NCBI GenBank assembly: GCA_963719515.1 | Contig: CAVRCJ010000011.1 | Coordinates: forward strand, 160,001-224,000 | Length of the DNA stretch: 64,000 nucleotides | Origin: an uncultured cyanobacterium | GTDB lineage: Bacteria > Cyanobacteriota > Cyanobacteriia > CAKZMO01 | Direction: 5' to 3' | Shown here: positions 1 through 11,048 of the stretch, piece after piece | Layout: each line of letters opens with the position of its first letter | Position numbering within the stretch: the stretch's first letter is position 1 | The notes under the pieces: model-generated | Seen by the model: only the letters and a program-made list of their open reading frames with translations | What the model was told of the DNA's origin: nothing | Database searches by the model: none | Position numbers and translations under genes: made by a program

Positions 1-135
1 TCGGGCTGCTGTTTGCGGCTTGAGGTCCTCTCCCATGATTCGCTGCTATGCTATTAGCTAGCGGCGCAGCGCTCTATCGCTGGAGCTGTTCTGCGATCGC
101 CCCAAAATTGACGCTTTACGCTTTAAGGAATCCAA

Positions 136-348
136 ATGGCAGCATCACAACCCTTAACAGGCTCAGAACTCGTGTCGTGTGCAAGGGCCAATGCCAGACG
201 GGGCATTTCTGCGGCGGCGGTAAACTGCGGCTACGGAGAAGACGTCAGCCAGTTTGAAAAAGCCTTGAAAGAGTCCTGCGAGGCCATGGGGGTTGAAATG
301 GAAACCTTCTCTGAAGTCATCGAAGACGTCATCGACGAGGCTCTATAA
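136..348 (+). CDS. conserved cyanobacterial hypothetical protein (70 aa)
   Basis: ATG ORF; the PLTGSELVSCARANA...CGYGED motif resembles a small cyanobacterial family recalled from memory. Confidence 0.65.
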   Translation: MAASQPLTGSELVSCARANARRGISAAAVNCGYGEDVSQFEKALKESCEAMGVEMETFSEVIEDVIDEAL

Positions 349-411
349 GGCCGCTGCCTTGAGCGAGTCAACTGCTTTTGAAAAATCGTTTATCCCATCG
401 GGAGATCAGCC

Positions 412-759
412 GTGGGTAACCCCCAAAGCCAAGGCCGCTATCGTGAGGCGCTTCGAGTTGAACTGACGCAGTTCGACGGAAAGATCGAATCGTTGAGGCA
501 GCAGATAGCCCACCTTCAGGGACCTAACGTTGAAGAAGCCTCGACCTACCAGAGCTACCTAGATGCGCTCCACCTAAAGCGTAGAGCGATCGAGATGAAG
601 CTTGAGCAAGTCGGCACGACAGACGACGGACTCTGGGATGACTTTCAAGCAGGCCTTGAGGACGTCTGGAATGACCTCAAGCTGACGTTTACCAACGCGA
701 CCGAAGAATTTGAGGCAGGGCAGCGCCTGAAAGAGAGCCGACAAGACTCTGAGACCTAG
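412..759 (+). CDS. coiled-coil small protein, Sll1863-like stress protein
   Basis: GTG start after GGGAG; helical heptads and a WDDFQAGLEDVWNDLK motif. Confidence 0.6.
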   Translation: MGNPQSQGRYREALRVELTQFDGKIESLRQQIAHLQGPNVEEASTYQSYLDALHLKRRAIEMKLEQVGTTDDGLWDDFQAGLEDVWNDLKLTFTNATEEFEAGQRLKESRQDSET

Positions 760-779
760 GCTAAAGCCTTAGATTATCC

Positions 780-1493
780 CTAGAGCAGCGCGCTCAGAGT
801 CCGACCAAGCTCTTGAGGACGGTCGAGGTCGATCACCTGGACATGGTTCGACGCCAAAAGCTGGGTGGCCCTGGAATCGACGGCGGCACCCTGAGCGACG
901 GCGGCAATCACGTCCGCTGTCCGTCCGCTCCCCGCGATCACAACGACGGCTCGCCCCACCGAGGTGTTAGCGGCAGCATCCTTCCAGGTAATTTCGCCTC
1001 CGTTGGTCAGCACAGCCGCAGAGCCGCAGACCCCCGAGAGGTGAGTGGCCACTGCCGAAATCCAGGAGGATTCGTCGCCCCAGCTGTTTCCGGGCACCAG
1101 TAGGCAGTGGGTATGGTGAGGCTCTAGCGGACAAGCCTCTTCAGAAGTTAGGCCGCTGTGGCGGTATTCAGGGAGGTCAACTAGACCAATAGGCGCAACG
1201 CCGACGAGGGGAAACGTGCCGCCTAAGGCCTCGCGCGCTTGGCCGATAAGCCTCATGACGCCAGCGTCGGTTCCCCCATCAACAACGGTGAGGCCTCTAG
1301 CCTCAGCCAGCGGGGCCAGCACCCCGCCAAACATATCCTCGACGCGGGCAAAATCGACGTCGCTCAGCTTGCTGGCCCCGCCGATGATCACTAGAGTAGG
1401 CCGTGGTCTACACAGACCCAAAGCGTCTAGCGCCTCTGGCAAAGCGGCTTGGTTATCGATGCGCAGAAGCTTCGTCGGGGGGTGCGGAGTCAT
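780..1493 (-). CDS. stand-alone SLOG domain protein, TRPM-like prokaryotic clade (LSDAT_prok)
   Basis: motifs VIIGGAS, VVDGGTDAGVM, LEPHHTHCLLVPG, WGDES, NGGEIT, IAGSGRTAD. Confidence 0.8.
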   Translation of the reverse strand: MTPHPPTKLLRIDNQAALPEALDALGLCRPRPTLVIIGGASKLSDVDFARVEDMFGGVLAPLAEARGLTVVDGGTDAGVMRLIGQAREALGGTFPLVGVAPIGLVDLPEYRHSGLTSEEACPLEPHHTHCLLVPGNSWGDESSWISAVATHLSGVCGSAAVLTNGGEITWKDAAANTSVGRAVVVIAGSGRTADVIAAVAQGAAVDSRATQLLASNHVQVIDLDRPQELGRTLSALL

Positions 1494-1643
1494 GGTGTGA
1501 TTGGCATGGGGTTAGGGCGGCGCTACAGCCAGTCTGTGGGTGCGGCTGGAGCTGCGCCAGAATGCCTGTATATATTGTGAGTGGAGCAGTATTGGCCATA
1601 ATACTAGTGCAGTCCCTGTTTGAACAGCAGATCGAACAGCAGA

Positions 1644-2810
1644 TCATTTAACGTAGGCCAAGATTGCCGCAGCGGCGCGATCGCATGCCCCCGGCTTCCC
1701 TAGCGCCTGCCGCATCCGCGCATACCCCGCCCGCATATGCCGCCGCGCCTGCTCGTTGTTGAGTAGCTCTAGGGCAGCGGTCGTCAGGTTATCTGCCGTC
1801 GCTGCCGACTGCAAGAATTCGGGCACGATGCCCTCCATCAGCGCCAGGTTTGCCGGAGACATAAACGGAATCGAAAACCGCAGCAGGCGGCGGGCTACCC
1901 AAAACGTTAGCGGGTTGACGCGGTAGAGCACCAGCTGGGGGACGTCCATCAGCGCCGTTTCCAGGTTCACCGTGCCGGACTTGCAGAGGGCCAGGTCGGC
2001 GGCGGCAATTACCACCTGGGGCTGCTGCTCCACGAGCTTAGCCCGCAGACCAGAGCGCTCTATCTCGCGCTCTAGCGCCGAACGATAGTGGGGTAGCGAC
2101 AGCGGCACCCAAAACGTGAGGTCCGGCAGCTTGTCCTGGAGGCGAGCTGCGGTCTCAAACATGACAGGCGCGAGAGAGGCTATCTCCTGGCGGCGGGAGG
2201 CAGGCAGCAGAGCTATGGCCCGCTCGTCTGCAGCAATCCCCAGCTGCCGCCTAGCCTCACTCCGGGACGGCGCGTCGAGGACGTGGTCCACGATGGGGTG
2301 GCCAACCCAGGTGACGTTGGCCCCATGACTTTTGTAGTAGCGGGCTTCTTCGGGGAAAATAGCAATCAGCCGGTCCGTTGCTTCCACAAGCCGCGCGGTA
2401 TTGTTCGTGCCGACAGACCACACCCACTCCTGGGGGGCAATGTAGTAAACCAGGGGGAGAGCGGGCCGCGCCTGCTTGAGGTAAGCGCCTAGCTTCAGAT
2501 TTGGCCCCATGTAGTCTAGCAGCACCACCGCATCGACAGCGTTCTGGGCGAGATAGCGCTTTACCCGCCGCTGAATTTGTAGCGTAGGGAGGATGAAGGG
2601 AAGTGACTCCACCAGCCCCACCGAGCCGATGCTGCTGGTGTTGGCCAGCAGGGTGGCCCCAGCTTGGGCCATGCGATCGCCGCCCAGAGCCACGATTTCC
2701 AGACTAAGCTGCTGCGCCGCCGCCTGACGCTGGAGCGCGTCAATTAATAGGGCCCCCTGCAGATCTCCTGACACTTCCCCTGTGCTGATTAAGATTCGCT
2801 TAGCGCCCAT
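1644..2810 (-). CDS. lpxB: lipid-A-disaccharide synthase
   Basis: ISTGEVSGDLQG, YYIAPQEWVW, LLPASRRQEI, KSGTVNLE; start moved to ATG 2810, overlapping the end of lpxA. Confidence 0.95.
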   Translation of the reverse strand: MGAKRILISTGEVSGDLQGALLIDALQRQAAAQQLSLEIVALGGDRMAQAGATLLANTSSIGSVGLVESLPFILPTLQIQRRVKRYLAQNAVDAVVLLDYMGPNLKLGAYLKQARPALPLVYYIAPQEWVWSVGTNNTARLVEATDRLIAIFPEEARYYKSHGANVTWVGHPIVDHVLDAPSRSEARRQLGIAADERAIALLPASRRQEIASLAPVMFETAARLQDKLPDLTFWVPLSLPHYRSALEREIERSGLRAKLVEQQPQVVIAAADLALCKSGTVNLETALMDVPQLVLYRVNPLTFWVARRLLRFSIPFMSPANLALMEGIVPEFLQSAATADNLTTAALELLNNEQARRHMRAGYARMRQALGKPGACDRAAAAILAYVK

Positions 2811-3621
2811 TGCTTCGGCCAGGCGTAAGACCTCGCCGCCCCTCGTCTTGACTGTGGACCAAAAAATTGTGGAGATGCTGAATGACGCTGCCGCTCTTGC
2901 TGTCCTGGCGCGCCAGCGTCTCGATGGCCTCATCTAGCGGCAGGCTATCGCGGTAGAGCGTCCGGTAGGCTTGCTTTAGCGCCTTGAAGGCATGTCCTTG
3001 GTCGAGCTGGGCTAGCCCAGCTCGGCGCAGCCCCACCTGATTCAGGGCGCGGATGCGACAGGGATTGCCCTCGGCCAGCATGAAGGGCGGCACGTCTCGG
3101 TCAACTCGGGCCATGCCGCCCACCATGGCGAGCTGCCCGATGTGAACAAACTGGTGAATGCCGGTCATACCGCCCACCACCGCTCTAGACTCAATGTGGA
3201 CATGGCCTGCGAGTGACACTGCGTTGGCAATCACCACGTGGTTTTCAATGAGGCAGTTGTGGGCCACATGGACGTAAGCCATGAGCAAATTACGATCGCC
3301 GATGACGGTGGCTTCCCCGGCTTGGGTGGCTCTGTTGATGGTGACATACTCACGAATGCGGTTTTCGTGGCCGATTTTAACCTGACTAACCGAGCCGTCG
3401 TACTTGAGGTCCTGAGGCTCTAGGCCAAGGGCGGCTCCCGGAAAAATCTCGTTGCGATCGCCTACTTCAGTGCAGCCGTCAATGATGACGTGAGCGCCAA
3501 TGGCCGTACCGGCTCCAATTTTTACGTGCTCTCCAATCACTGCATAGGGACCCACCCGCACCGTCGGATGAAGCTGCGCTCCAGGGTGAATCACGGCAGT
3601 AGAGTGGATCAAAGCTGTCAA
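2800..3621 (-). CDS. lpxA: acyl-ACP--UDP-N-acetylglucosamine O-acyltransferase
   Basis: hexapeptide repeats, PQDLKY, HVAHNC, GIHQFVHIG. Confidence 0.95.
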   Translation of the reverse strand: MTALIHSTAVIHPGAQLHPTVRVGPYAVIGEHVKIGAGTAIGAHVIIDGCTEVGDRNEIFPGAALGLEPQDLKYDGSVSQVKIGHENRIREYVTINRATQAGEATVIGDRNLLMAYVHVAHNCLIENHVVIANAVSLAGHVHIESRAVVGGMTGIHQFVHIGQLAMVGGMARVDRDVPPFMLAEGNPCRIRALNQVGLRRAGLAQLDQGHAFKALKQAYRTLYRDSLPLDEAIETLARQDSKSGSVIQHLHNFLVHSQDEGRRGLTPGRSNGR

Positions 3622-3796
3622 GACCTAGCTCCAGCGGCGCAAACGCCGACGTGACGACATCAGTTCATTACGACGATTAGTCATTAGCCCGGGGATTGTT
3701 CGTGTAAGGCGGTTGGCCACTGGCTGCCTGCATACGACGATGAGCCTAGCTAGTCGTATGCGGCAATGGACTAAGCCGCTTGTATACGGCAGTTGG

Positions 3797-4348
3797 CTAA
3801 TACACCAAGGAAAACATCAGCTCTCCTTCTGCGGCCAGCTGCCCCTCGACCGTGGCTCGCCCCTGCATCTTGCCAAAGCGTCGCCGCTTGACCGACAAGA
3901 GGTCAACCGTCATTAGCAGCTGATCCCCAGGCACAACCGGACGCCGAAAGCGCACCTTATCGATACCCGCAAACATCAGCAGTCCCTCAGGCACATCGGG
4001 AAGCTGCGTTAAAACGATGCCGCCAACCTGCGCCATGGCCTCAACGATGAGCACGCCTGGCATAATGGGTCGACCCGGAAAATGACCCTGAAAGTGAGGC
4101 TCGTTGAAGGTCACATTCTTGAGACCGACGGCCCGCTCGCCCGGCGTATAGTCGATGATTCGGTCGACGAGGGAAAACGGGTAGCGGTGGGGTAGGAGCT
4201 TCTGAATTTCCTCAATCGTCAAAATCGGTGTCTTAGCAGGACAGTCTTGCTTGGCATCATCTTGCTTCGCATTATCTAGCTTGGCGCTGTCCTGTTGGAC
4301 GGAGTCTAGCTGATTTTTAGAGGCGTGAGCGTCGGTCAATGTGGACAT
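3797..4348 (-). CDS. fabZ: 3-hydroxyacyl-ACP dehydratase
   Basis: [35 protein letters not shown]; repetitive N-terminal extension. Confidence 0.95.
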   Translation of the reverse strand: MSTLTDAHASKNQLDSVQQDSAKLDNAKQDDAKQDCPAKTPILTIEEIQKLLPHRYPFSLVDRIIDYTPGERAVGLKNVTFNEPHFQGHFPGRPIMPGVLIVEAMAQVGGIVLTQLPDVPEGLLMFAGIDKVRFRRPVVPGDQLLMTVDLLSVKRRRFGKMQGRATVEGQLAAEGELMFSLVY

Positions 4349-4390
4349 AGATATTAGTAGATTAAAACGGTGTGTAATATGAGCGGTATT

Positions 4391-5416
4391 CTACAACGCG
4401 GCGGGATGCGGCGCAGCGGGGAATGTTCCAGTGGGGCAGGCTGCGCTGAGCTGTTGCGCAAACTGAACGTGCAGACGGTGGCTAGCCTTGTAGGCAACGA
4501 TATGGGCCTGGGGAAGAGCGCCTATCAAACTCATGTCTCCCACTAAGTCTAAGAGTTTATGCCGCGCTGGCTCATTTGAAAACCTTAGGGGTGGATTCAG
4601 CCAACCCTCGTCGCCACAAACCAGCGCATTGTCAAAGCTGCCGCCCCGAATTAGGCCTAGCTGCCGCAGCTGCTCAACCTGATGGGCGATCGCAAAGGTA
4701 CGGGCCGGGGCGATCGCGCTCTCGAAAGGCTCTTGCGCCGGACTCCAGCTGTGCCACTGGTTGCCAATGGCGGACAGCTCAAAATCAATGCCGTAGGTGA
4801 AGCGATGCTGAGGCGCGGGAAAGGCTGCAATCCAAGCCTCTCCCTCCTGGAGATGAATCGGCTCTTGGAGCATCCAGGGTACTGACTCCCCCTGCTGCAC
4901 CCGCCCCGCCGCTGCGATCGCCGCTGCCCAAGGCTTGGCCGACCCATCTAAGAGAGGAACCTCCGGGCCGTCAATTTCGATGCGGGCATCGTCGATTCCC
5001 ATACCCACCAGCGCGGCCAGCAGGTGTTCCACCGTGCGCACCGTGAGCGGCCCAAGCCCGAGCTCAGTCGAGAGCTGGGTACCCACAACGTGGTCGACGG
5101 TGGCCGGAATGATGGGGGATCCGGGCTGATCAACCCTCACAAACGCCCGACCGCTAGCGGCGGGAGCGGGGCGAATGCAAACGCGGCTCTCAATCCCAGA
5201 ATGCAATCCCACCCCAGCCCGTTCGATCGGGGCAGCTAGCGTATTGCGGCTCATAGCGCCTAAGCTCACAGCACCCGAACCTGTAGCGCTCAAACCCACA
5301 GCATTTGGGCGATCGCCGCCGGGGCCAACAGGGTTCGGACTGTCGGCATTGGGACTGTCGGCGTTGGGACTGACAGCGGGCGATAGATTGTCAGCCTGTT
5401 GGGCAGTCGTCTCCAT
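4391..5416 (-). CDS. lpxC: UDP-3-O-acyl-N-acetylglucosamine deacetylase (start uncertain; alternative ATG at 5254)
   Basis: [34 protein letters not shown]. Confidence 0.93.
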   Translation of the reverse strand: METTAQQADNLSPAVSPNADSPNADSPNPVGPGGDRPNAVGLSATGSGAVSLGAMSRNTLAAPIERAGVGLHSGIESRVCIRPAPAASGRAFVRVDQPGSPIIPATVDHVVGTQLSTELGLGPLTVRTVEHLLAALVGMGIDDARIEIDGPEVPLLDGSAKPWAAAIAAAGRVQQGESVPWMLQEPIHLQEGEAWIAAFPAPQHRFTYGIDFELSAIGNQWHSWSPAQEPFESAIAPARTFAIAHQVEQLRQLGLIRGGSFDNALVCGDEGWLNPPLRFSNEPARHKLLDLVGDMSLIGALPQAHIVAYKASHRLHVQFAQQLSAACPTGTFPAAPHPAAL

Positions 5417-5528
5417 TTGATTTCAGCTGGGCAAAACGGTCCCGGATAAAAGCAGCGTTGGCCTTTGAACTGTATCACGTTCTGTGAGTGAACTTTGAGC
5501 AAGCTAATTTGAGCAGCGATGCGCCCGG

Positions 5529-7976
5529 CTAGAAGCGCTCGCCGATGCCAAAGTGGATCCGGCCATCGCCATCGTCGTTGATGCCATAATCCACCCGAAT
5601 GGCCCCCAGCGGCGATCGCACCCGAACGCCGATGCCGTAGCCGAAGCCCGTGCCGGGTTTGTTGCGCACTTCACCCGGCTCCCCAGGGACGTCGGTTCCC
5701 GTGCCCAGGTCTGTACCAAAATCGGCAAAGAGTGCTCCGCCTATGATGGAGAAAACCGGAAAGCGGTATTCGGCAGTGGCCTGCACAAAGCTGCGACCGG
5801 CAGCCAAATCTCCAGCATCGTAGCCGCGAACCGAGTCTGTTCCCCCTAAGGAGAAGGCTTCGTAGGGCGGCAGGTCGCCAAGTATCGTACCGGCCTGAAC
5901 GTTGAAGGCAAAGGCTTCCGGCCCATCGGTGAAGCCGGTAAGATCGGCGGGCAGATAGAAGCTATAGCTGCCCCGCAGCCGGTTAAACAAGATGCTGCCG
6001 CTGCCGAGAGGAACAGACTGCTCAGCGCCCACGCGCAGCAGCGATCCCTGGGTCGGCTGCTGCGGATCGTTGCGGCGATCGCGCACGGCCCCAAGCTGCA
6101 GCGTAAATAAGTCATCGGTGCCGTTGCCGCTAAAGCTGAGATCGTTGCCGAACTCGTCTTCAGGCTCTAAATCTCCGTCTGCATCTCGGATAGACACGCG
6201 CTGGTACTGCACCCCAGCCGACGCTCGCCAGCCGTCCCACCCTAGCCATTCGTCGAGGGGGCGGCTAAAGCTGACGGCCCCGCCCAGCCGCTGAACGCGG
6301 GGGCTATCGCCGTTGGGCAGGTCCACATCGTCTTCACCGCCGTCGAAGATCAAGGAGATAGACCGGCGGCTAAAGGCGTTGACGGTGTAGGACGTGCGGT
6401 AGGGATCCCCTGCAATCCAAGGGTCCGTGAAGCGCACGTCAAACAGGAATTCCCGCTCACCAATCTGCAGCTCTGCTCCGAGCTGCTGGTTGTTGCCGCC
6501 GAGGTTGCGCTGCTGATAGCTGACGCTGCCAAAAACGCCGCTGGAGGAGCTAAAGCCCAAGCCCGCCGCGAGAGATCCCGTATTGCCTTCAATCACGTTC
6601 ACCACCACATCAACGTTGCGGGGATCATCGCCGGGCTCCAACGTAACCCGCACGTCGTCAAAGATGCCCAGCCCAAACACCTGCTGCAGGTCTTCCTGAA
6701 TGTCCTGCTGGTTGAACACATCCCCCGGCTGAGTCTCAAACTCGCGGGTGACGATGAAGTCGCGGGTCTTGCCGTCGATGGGCTCGCCGTCTTCGTCAGT
6801 GTCTAGGCCGTCTTCATCCAAAAACTTGACTTCAATGTCCTCAATCACGCCCTCAGAAACTTCCAACACCGCCACACCACTGTCGGAGACCTGCCGCGCA
6901 TCTAGCACTTGGGCCAGCACGTAGCCGTTTTCTTCGTAGACATCGTTGAGCTGATTGATGCCCTCCTGGAAATCTAGCAGGTTGAGCGTGGTGCCATATT
7001 GAGACGAAAAAATAGCGTCAGCGAGCTGTTCGACCTCTAGCTCTTCCCCTTCGAAGGTCAGCATGACGTCCTGGTCAGCTAGCTCACTGCCCACAATGTC
7101 GACCTCCCGCAAAATTGGGTTAGGCTCGATGGCAAAGGTGATGCGCACCCCCAACGGCGTGTCTTCTGGCACCGCCTGCACGTTGGTGAAAAATCCCGTG
7201 GAGAAGACGGCGTTAATGTCGTTTTGAAGCTGCGATCGCGTTGTAGTGCGACCGGGCTGGGTTTGGATCTGGCGGTATACCAGGTCTTCAAGGTCTGAGC
7301 GATTCTCCAGACCGCTGACTAGAACCTCAGCCACCAGCACCCTCACTTCAGACTCGGGTTCCGCCTGAGCATCGTCGCTGGGAGGCGCTTGCAGGTCCGG
7401 TTGCGGTGTAGGTGACGCGGGCGCTTCGGACTCGGGTAACGCCGGCGCTTCAGACTCGGTGGGATCTTCGTCGGCGTCATTATCAGATTCAAAGATGTCG
7501 TCGTCTATTGGCGTCTCATCGTCTAGGTCAATTTCAAACTCAACCGCCGGATCGCGAGGCTCGTTCGAGTCAAAGATGTCTTCTGGATCGGCCTGGTTCT
7601 CGGGATCCACCTCGATAGTGGTCTCCTCATCCTCAAGAATTTCCTGCTCTGCGTCAGGGGCAGGGGCTTGCTCGACCTCAAGCGGCTCAGTCTGCAGCTG
7701 GGCCAAGCTCGGCGGCGTCAGATCGGCTAGTCGCCAAGCGTTTCCGGTAGGGCTCATCTCAACAAAAGGCACCGCGACCGGTGCGATCGCCGTCGGCCCA
7801 GATCCGTTAGAGACCTCTGACTGAGGACGGCTCGACCTCAGCGGCCCGTCAGCTAGAAGACTATTAGCAGCGGCGTCTAGCTGGGTGGGTTGGGGCTGAG
7901 CTTGAACGGTTGAGGCCAATCCAACGGTTGCCGATACCGTTAGAGAGGCGAGAACGAGATGAAGCCGATTACGCAT
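5529..7976 (-). CDS. bamA: Omp85/BamA-family outer membrane protein (IAP75-like) with acidic disordered N-terminal region
   Basis: signal peptide, POTRA-like repeats, SVRGYD motif, C-terminal HFGIGERF; position upstream of lpxC. Confidence 0.88.
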   Translation of the reverse strand: MRNRLHLVLASLTVSATVGLASTVQAQPQPTQLDAAANSLLADGPLRSSRPQSEVSNGSGPTAIAPVAVPFVEMSPTGNAWRLADLTPPSLAQLQTEPLEVEQAPAPDAEQEILEDEETTIEVDPENQADPEDIFDSNEPRDPAVEFEIDLDDETPIDDDIFESDNDADEDPTESEAPALPESEAPASPTPQPDLQAPPSDDAQAEPESEVRVLVAEVLVSGLENRSDLEDLVYRQIQTQPGRTTTRSQLQNDINAVFSTGFFTNVQAVPEDTPLGVRITFAIEPNPILREVDIVGSELADQDVMLTFEGEELEVEQLADAIFSSQYGTTLNLLDFQEGINQLNDVYEENGYVLAQVLDARQVSDSGVAVLEVSEGVIEDIEVKFLDEDGLDTDEDGEPIDGKTRDFIVTREFETQPGDVFNQQDIQEDLQQVFGLGIFDDVRVTLEPGDDPRNVDVVVNVIEGNTGSLAAGLGFSSSSGVFGSVSYQQRNLGGNNQQLGAELQIGEREFLFDVRFTDPWIAGDPYRTSYTVNAFSRRSISLIFDGGEDDVDLPNGDSPRVQRLGGAVSFSRPLDEWLGWDGWRASAGVQYQRVSIRDADGDLEPEDEFGNDLSFSGNGTDDLFTLQLGAVRDRRNDPQQPTQGSLLRVGAEQSVPLGSGSILFNRLRGSYSFYLPADLTGFTDGPEAFAFNVQAGTILGDLPPYEAFSLGGTDSVRGYDAGDLAAGRSFVQATAEYRFPVFSIIGGALFADFGTDLGTGTDVPGEPGEVRNKPGTGFGYGIGVRVRSPLGAIRVDYGINDDGDGRIHFGIGERF

Positions 7977-8251
7977 GAGTTTTTCTCCACACACCGTAGC
8001 TCACTGCGATACACCTCCGCACGAGAGATGCAACCGTCGGCGAAGTCGCGATGATAGTTGTACAAAAATTGATCCAAACGGACAGATCTTACAGCATTCC
8101 CGACGCCTCTTCAGGCAAAAACCGGTTGCCAAAACCTGAGTCGGCGAAAACTGATGTGCCGGAGTCGTCGAAGCGATATCACGCTATCTTCCCGGCGCTG
8201 GCGACAGTTCCTCCGAGACGCTGGCGATAGTTTCAGAAGAAGCCCAGAGGA

Positions 8252-9946
8252 TTACTCCGTCCGGCCTTCTGGACTAGAGAGGGCATCGTAGGTCAGGGCA
8301 GAGACCTGCCTAATCAGCTCGTTAGCTTGATCGTCATCATGGGGGCGCTCCACCATCACAGCGATGGCATAGCGCTTACCCGTGGGGGTATCGACAACAC
8401 CGACATCGCCCAGCATTTTGCCAATAGTCCCAGTTTTATGGGCGATCGCCGCCTCTAGCGGAATGCCCTGTGGCAGAAGCGAATCTGTCACGGTAGCCTG
8501 CATAATATCGAACAGGCGATCTCGCGACCGTGGCGAGAGCAGATCGCCATTGCTAATCCAGGCGAGCAGGGTCACCATATCCAGCGGGGTTGTGGTGTTT
8601 TGTCCCTCTAGGTCAGGCAGTGGCTGGGCCACAGCGGTTTGGGCTAGGCCCCACTGGGCAAAGCGCTGGGTAAGGGCAACGTTCCCCCCCAGCTCCCGGA
8701 TCAAAATGTTGGTCGCCGTGTTGTCGCTGATGGTGATCATCAAGTCCGCCGTCTCTAGGGCCGTGTAGGTCGTGCCGGGCTCCTGAAACTGCATATCCCC
8801 CGCTTCTCCAACGATATCTTCTGCTTCCAACGTCAGCCTGTCGTCCAGAGCGATGAGGCCCATTTCGACGTGCTGCAATAAGGCAACCAAGATCGGCACC
8901 TTGATGATGCTGGCCGAGGGCATGACGGAGCGCGCGTTGATGTCGACGTAGCTCCCAGTGTCTAGATCTAAAACCATGACGCTGGGGGAGAGGTCTGGGA
9001 AGGCCGCGATCGCCTCGCTGATGTCTGTTTTAAGGGAAGTGAGCTCAGACCCTAGGGCGAGGGGTGCTGTCGCGGTGCCCCTCACCCCAGCGGCCTCAGC
9101 GGCCTCAGTGTCCTGCGGGGCGTCCGGGGCCTCAGCGAGGCCGCGCTCTTGAGCGGGACTGAGCACGGAAAGCAAGGTGCCGGCGATCGCCCCAATCCCC
9201 AGCCCCAAAATCAGCAGTCGAATTGCGTAAAGCCACCGTGAGGGCGACGTCCGAGGCTGCCGGCGTCTCGGCGGGTGCGGCGATCGCGATCGCGGGGGGC
9301 GAGCCGTAGGGGCGAGGGGAATAACGGCTGGCGTCGACGGCACGGGAGTGAGCTGCGGGGACCGACGCCGTCGGTCTAGGGCGGCACCTTGGGGAGCTGG
9401 TGGAGTCAAAGCCTGAGTCGTAGATCGCTGACGCGATCGCGCAGTTTGGCGCCGGCCCCCGAACGCTGAGGCGTAGTCAGACACTTTAGGCCGTCGTCGT
9501 CGCGGTCCGCTGCGGTGAGGCGGCAAGCTGGGGTGAGGCGGTAAACCGGCTGGCCGGACAGGATGAGGCGCTCCCCCTGGGGCACCAAGCCTCCTAGACT
9601 CTTCGCGCTGTGGGCGAGCGCTGCTGGCGGCAGGATTGGGCCGCTGGGGAGGTGCCGCCAACAGCTGGGGCGTAGAACTTGAGGGAAGATTGGGGGAAGC
9701 TGCGGGAAGAAGACGCAGCCCAGAAGCTTGTCCCTGACTGGCCGCTATGGGGCTAGGAGGGGAGCCGGAAGGACGGCGGGGGGCAGCGGGAGGTAGATTG
9801 AGCACCTGCCGCCGCGAGGGACGCGGCCTATCGGGTTTGAGCGATACCCTCGGCGGCACTAACCCCTGCCTGCGGCCAGTGCGCTGACGCGATCGTTTGG
9901 AGCGACCTCCCAGTTCTGCCATCAATTTGCCTCTCGCTTCTGCCAC
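8252..9946 (-). CDS. class A beta-lactamase-like serine hydrolase with Pro/Arg-rich N-terminus and TM anchor
   Basis: SASIIK (SxxK), SDN, HKTG motifs; TM segment LLILGLGIGAIAGTLL. Confidence 0.85.
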   Translation of the reverse strand: MAEARGKLMAELGGRSKRSRQRTGRRQGLVPPRVSLKPDRPRPSRRQVLNLPPAAPRRPSGSPPSPIAASQGQASGLRLLPAASPNLPSSSTPQLLAAPPQRPNPAASSARPQREESRRLGAPGGAPHPVRPAGLPPHPSLPPHRSGPRRRRPKVSDYASAFGGRRQTARSRQRSTTQALTPPAPQGAALDRRRRSPQLTPVPSTPAVIPLAPTARPPRSRSPHPPRRRQPRTSPSRWLYAIRLLILGLGIGAIAGTLLSVLSPAQERGLAEAPDAPQDTEAAEAAGVRGTATAPLALGSELTSLKTDISEAIAAFPDLSPSVMVLDLDTGSYVDINARSVMPSASIIKVPILVALLQHVEMGLIALDDRLTLEAEDIVGEAGDMQFQEPGTTYTALETADLMITISDNTATNILIRELGGNVALTQRFAQWGLAQTAVAQPLPDLEGQNTTTPLDMVTLLAWISNGDLLSPRSRDRLFDIMQATVTDSLLPQGIPLEAAIAHKTGTIGKMLGDVGVVDTPTGKRYAIAVMVERPHDDDQANELIRQVSALTYDALSSPEGRTE

Positions 9947-9951
9947 TGTCT

Positions 9952-9996
9952 TTAGATTTTAGGCCCTTAGGTTTTAGGCCCTTAGGTTTTAGGCCG
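9952..9996. repeat. 15-bp tandem repeat TTAG(G/A)TTTTAGGCC(C/G) x3
   Basis: seen directly, just upstream of the serine hydrolase start. Confidence 0.85.
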
Positions 9997-10094
9997 CTTG
10001 GCCCCGCAGGTCAGGCGACCAGCGCTAGGGGGTAAGGTAACCCAACGCCCACAGGATCCACAATAGCGATCTGCCTTAGCTTTAATTAAGTTTC

Positions 10095-10829
10095 TTAAAG
10101 GAATTTTTCTCCGAACCAGCCGATCTGACGCAGAATGCCCCGCAGCATGGTGACTTCCTGTGAGGAGAGCTGTGCCCGATGCCCCAGCACGCGAAACTTT
10201 TCCATGCGGCTGGCTGCGGTGTGGGAGTGGAGGTAGCCAATCCGGAGCAGCGTCGATTCTAAATGTTGATAGAGTCCCTCAACTTCATTGAGGGGCGCAG
10301 CGGTCTCATCCACTCCAGACAGGGCCGGAGCGACGACGGGGTCACTCAGCGCCGGACGTGACAGCTCATAACAGCAGATGGCAACGGCCTGCGCCAGGTT
10401 TAGCGACGGGTAGATAGGGCTTGTGGGAATCCGGATGCTGCACTGGGCATAGGCCAGCTCCTCATTGCTCAACCCCCGATCCTCGGGGCCAAAGATTAGC
10501 GCGGATTTTCCAGCCTCCGCCAACAGCCGACCTAGCCCCACCTCTGGGCTGTACAGGGGGCGATTGGCGCGATCGCGGGCGGTGGTGGCTACCGCCTGCT
10601 GACAGCCTTCCAGCGCCTCAGGAAGCGAGGCAACCCGCTGGGCCTGCTCTAGGACATCTGCCGCATGCACCGCCATCAGATAGGCTTCATCCCCCAGGGG
10701 ATCGCAGCGGGGGTTGACCAGCACGAGCTGCGAGAGCCCCATATTTTTCATGACGCGGGCGATCGCCCCCACATTGAGCCCCCCCACGGGCTCGACCAAC
10801 ACGATGCGCAGTTTATCCAGCTTTGCCAT
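10095..10829 (-). CDS. trmJ: TrmJ/LasT-family SpoU RNA methyltransferase
   Basis: RIVLVEP..NVGAIARVMKNMG, FGPEDRGLSNEEL, SLNLAQAV. Confidence 0.85.
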   Translation of the reverse strand: MAKLDKLRIVLVEPVGGLNVGAIARVMKNMGLSQLVLVNPRCDPLGDEAYLMAVHAADVLEQAQRVASLPEALEGCQQAVATTARDRANRPLYSPEVGLGRLLAEAGKSALIFGPEDRGLSNEELAYAQCSIRIPTSPIYPSLNLAQAVAICCYELSRPALSDPVVAPALSGVDETAAPLNEVEGLYQHLESTLLRIGYLHSHTAASRMEKFRVLGHRAQLSSQEVTMLRGILRQIGWFGEKFL

Positions 10830-11048
10830 TTGTCATACTTCAACAAGTGCAGGGCGCTGTTATTACAGTCCGCTGCTAATACAGAGCCCTGAGATAGGGC
10901 CAACGCAATCAAGTATCACGTTACAGCTATTTAGCCATGGGACGCACCCGATCCAAAGCCGACCTGCCCAGTAAAATCTGCCCCGTGTGTCAGCGCCCCT
11001 TTACCTGGCGAAAAAAGTGGAAAGACTGTTGGGACGACGTCAAGTATT

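Noticed and set aside
2811..2933. N-terminal extension of LpxB
   Set aside because: It lies inside lpxA; family similarity begins at MGAKRILIS
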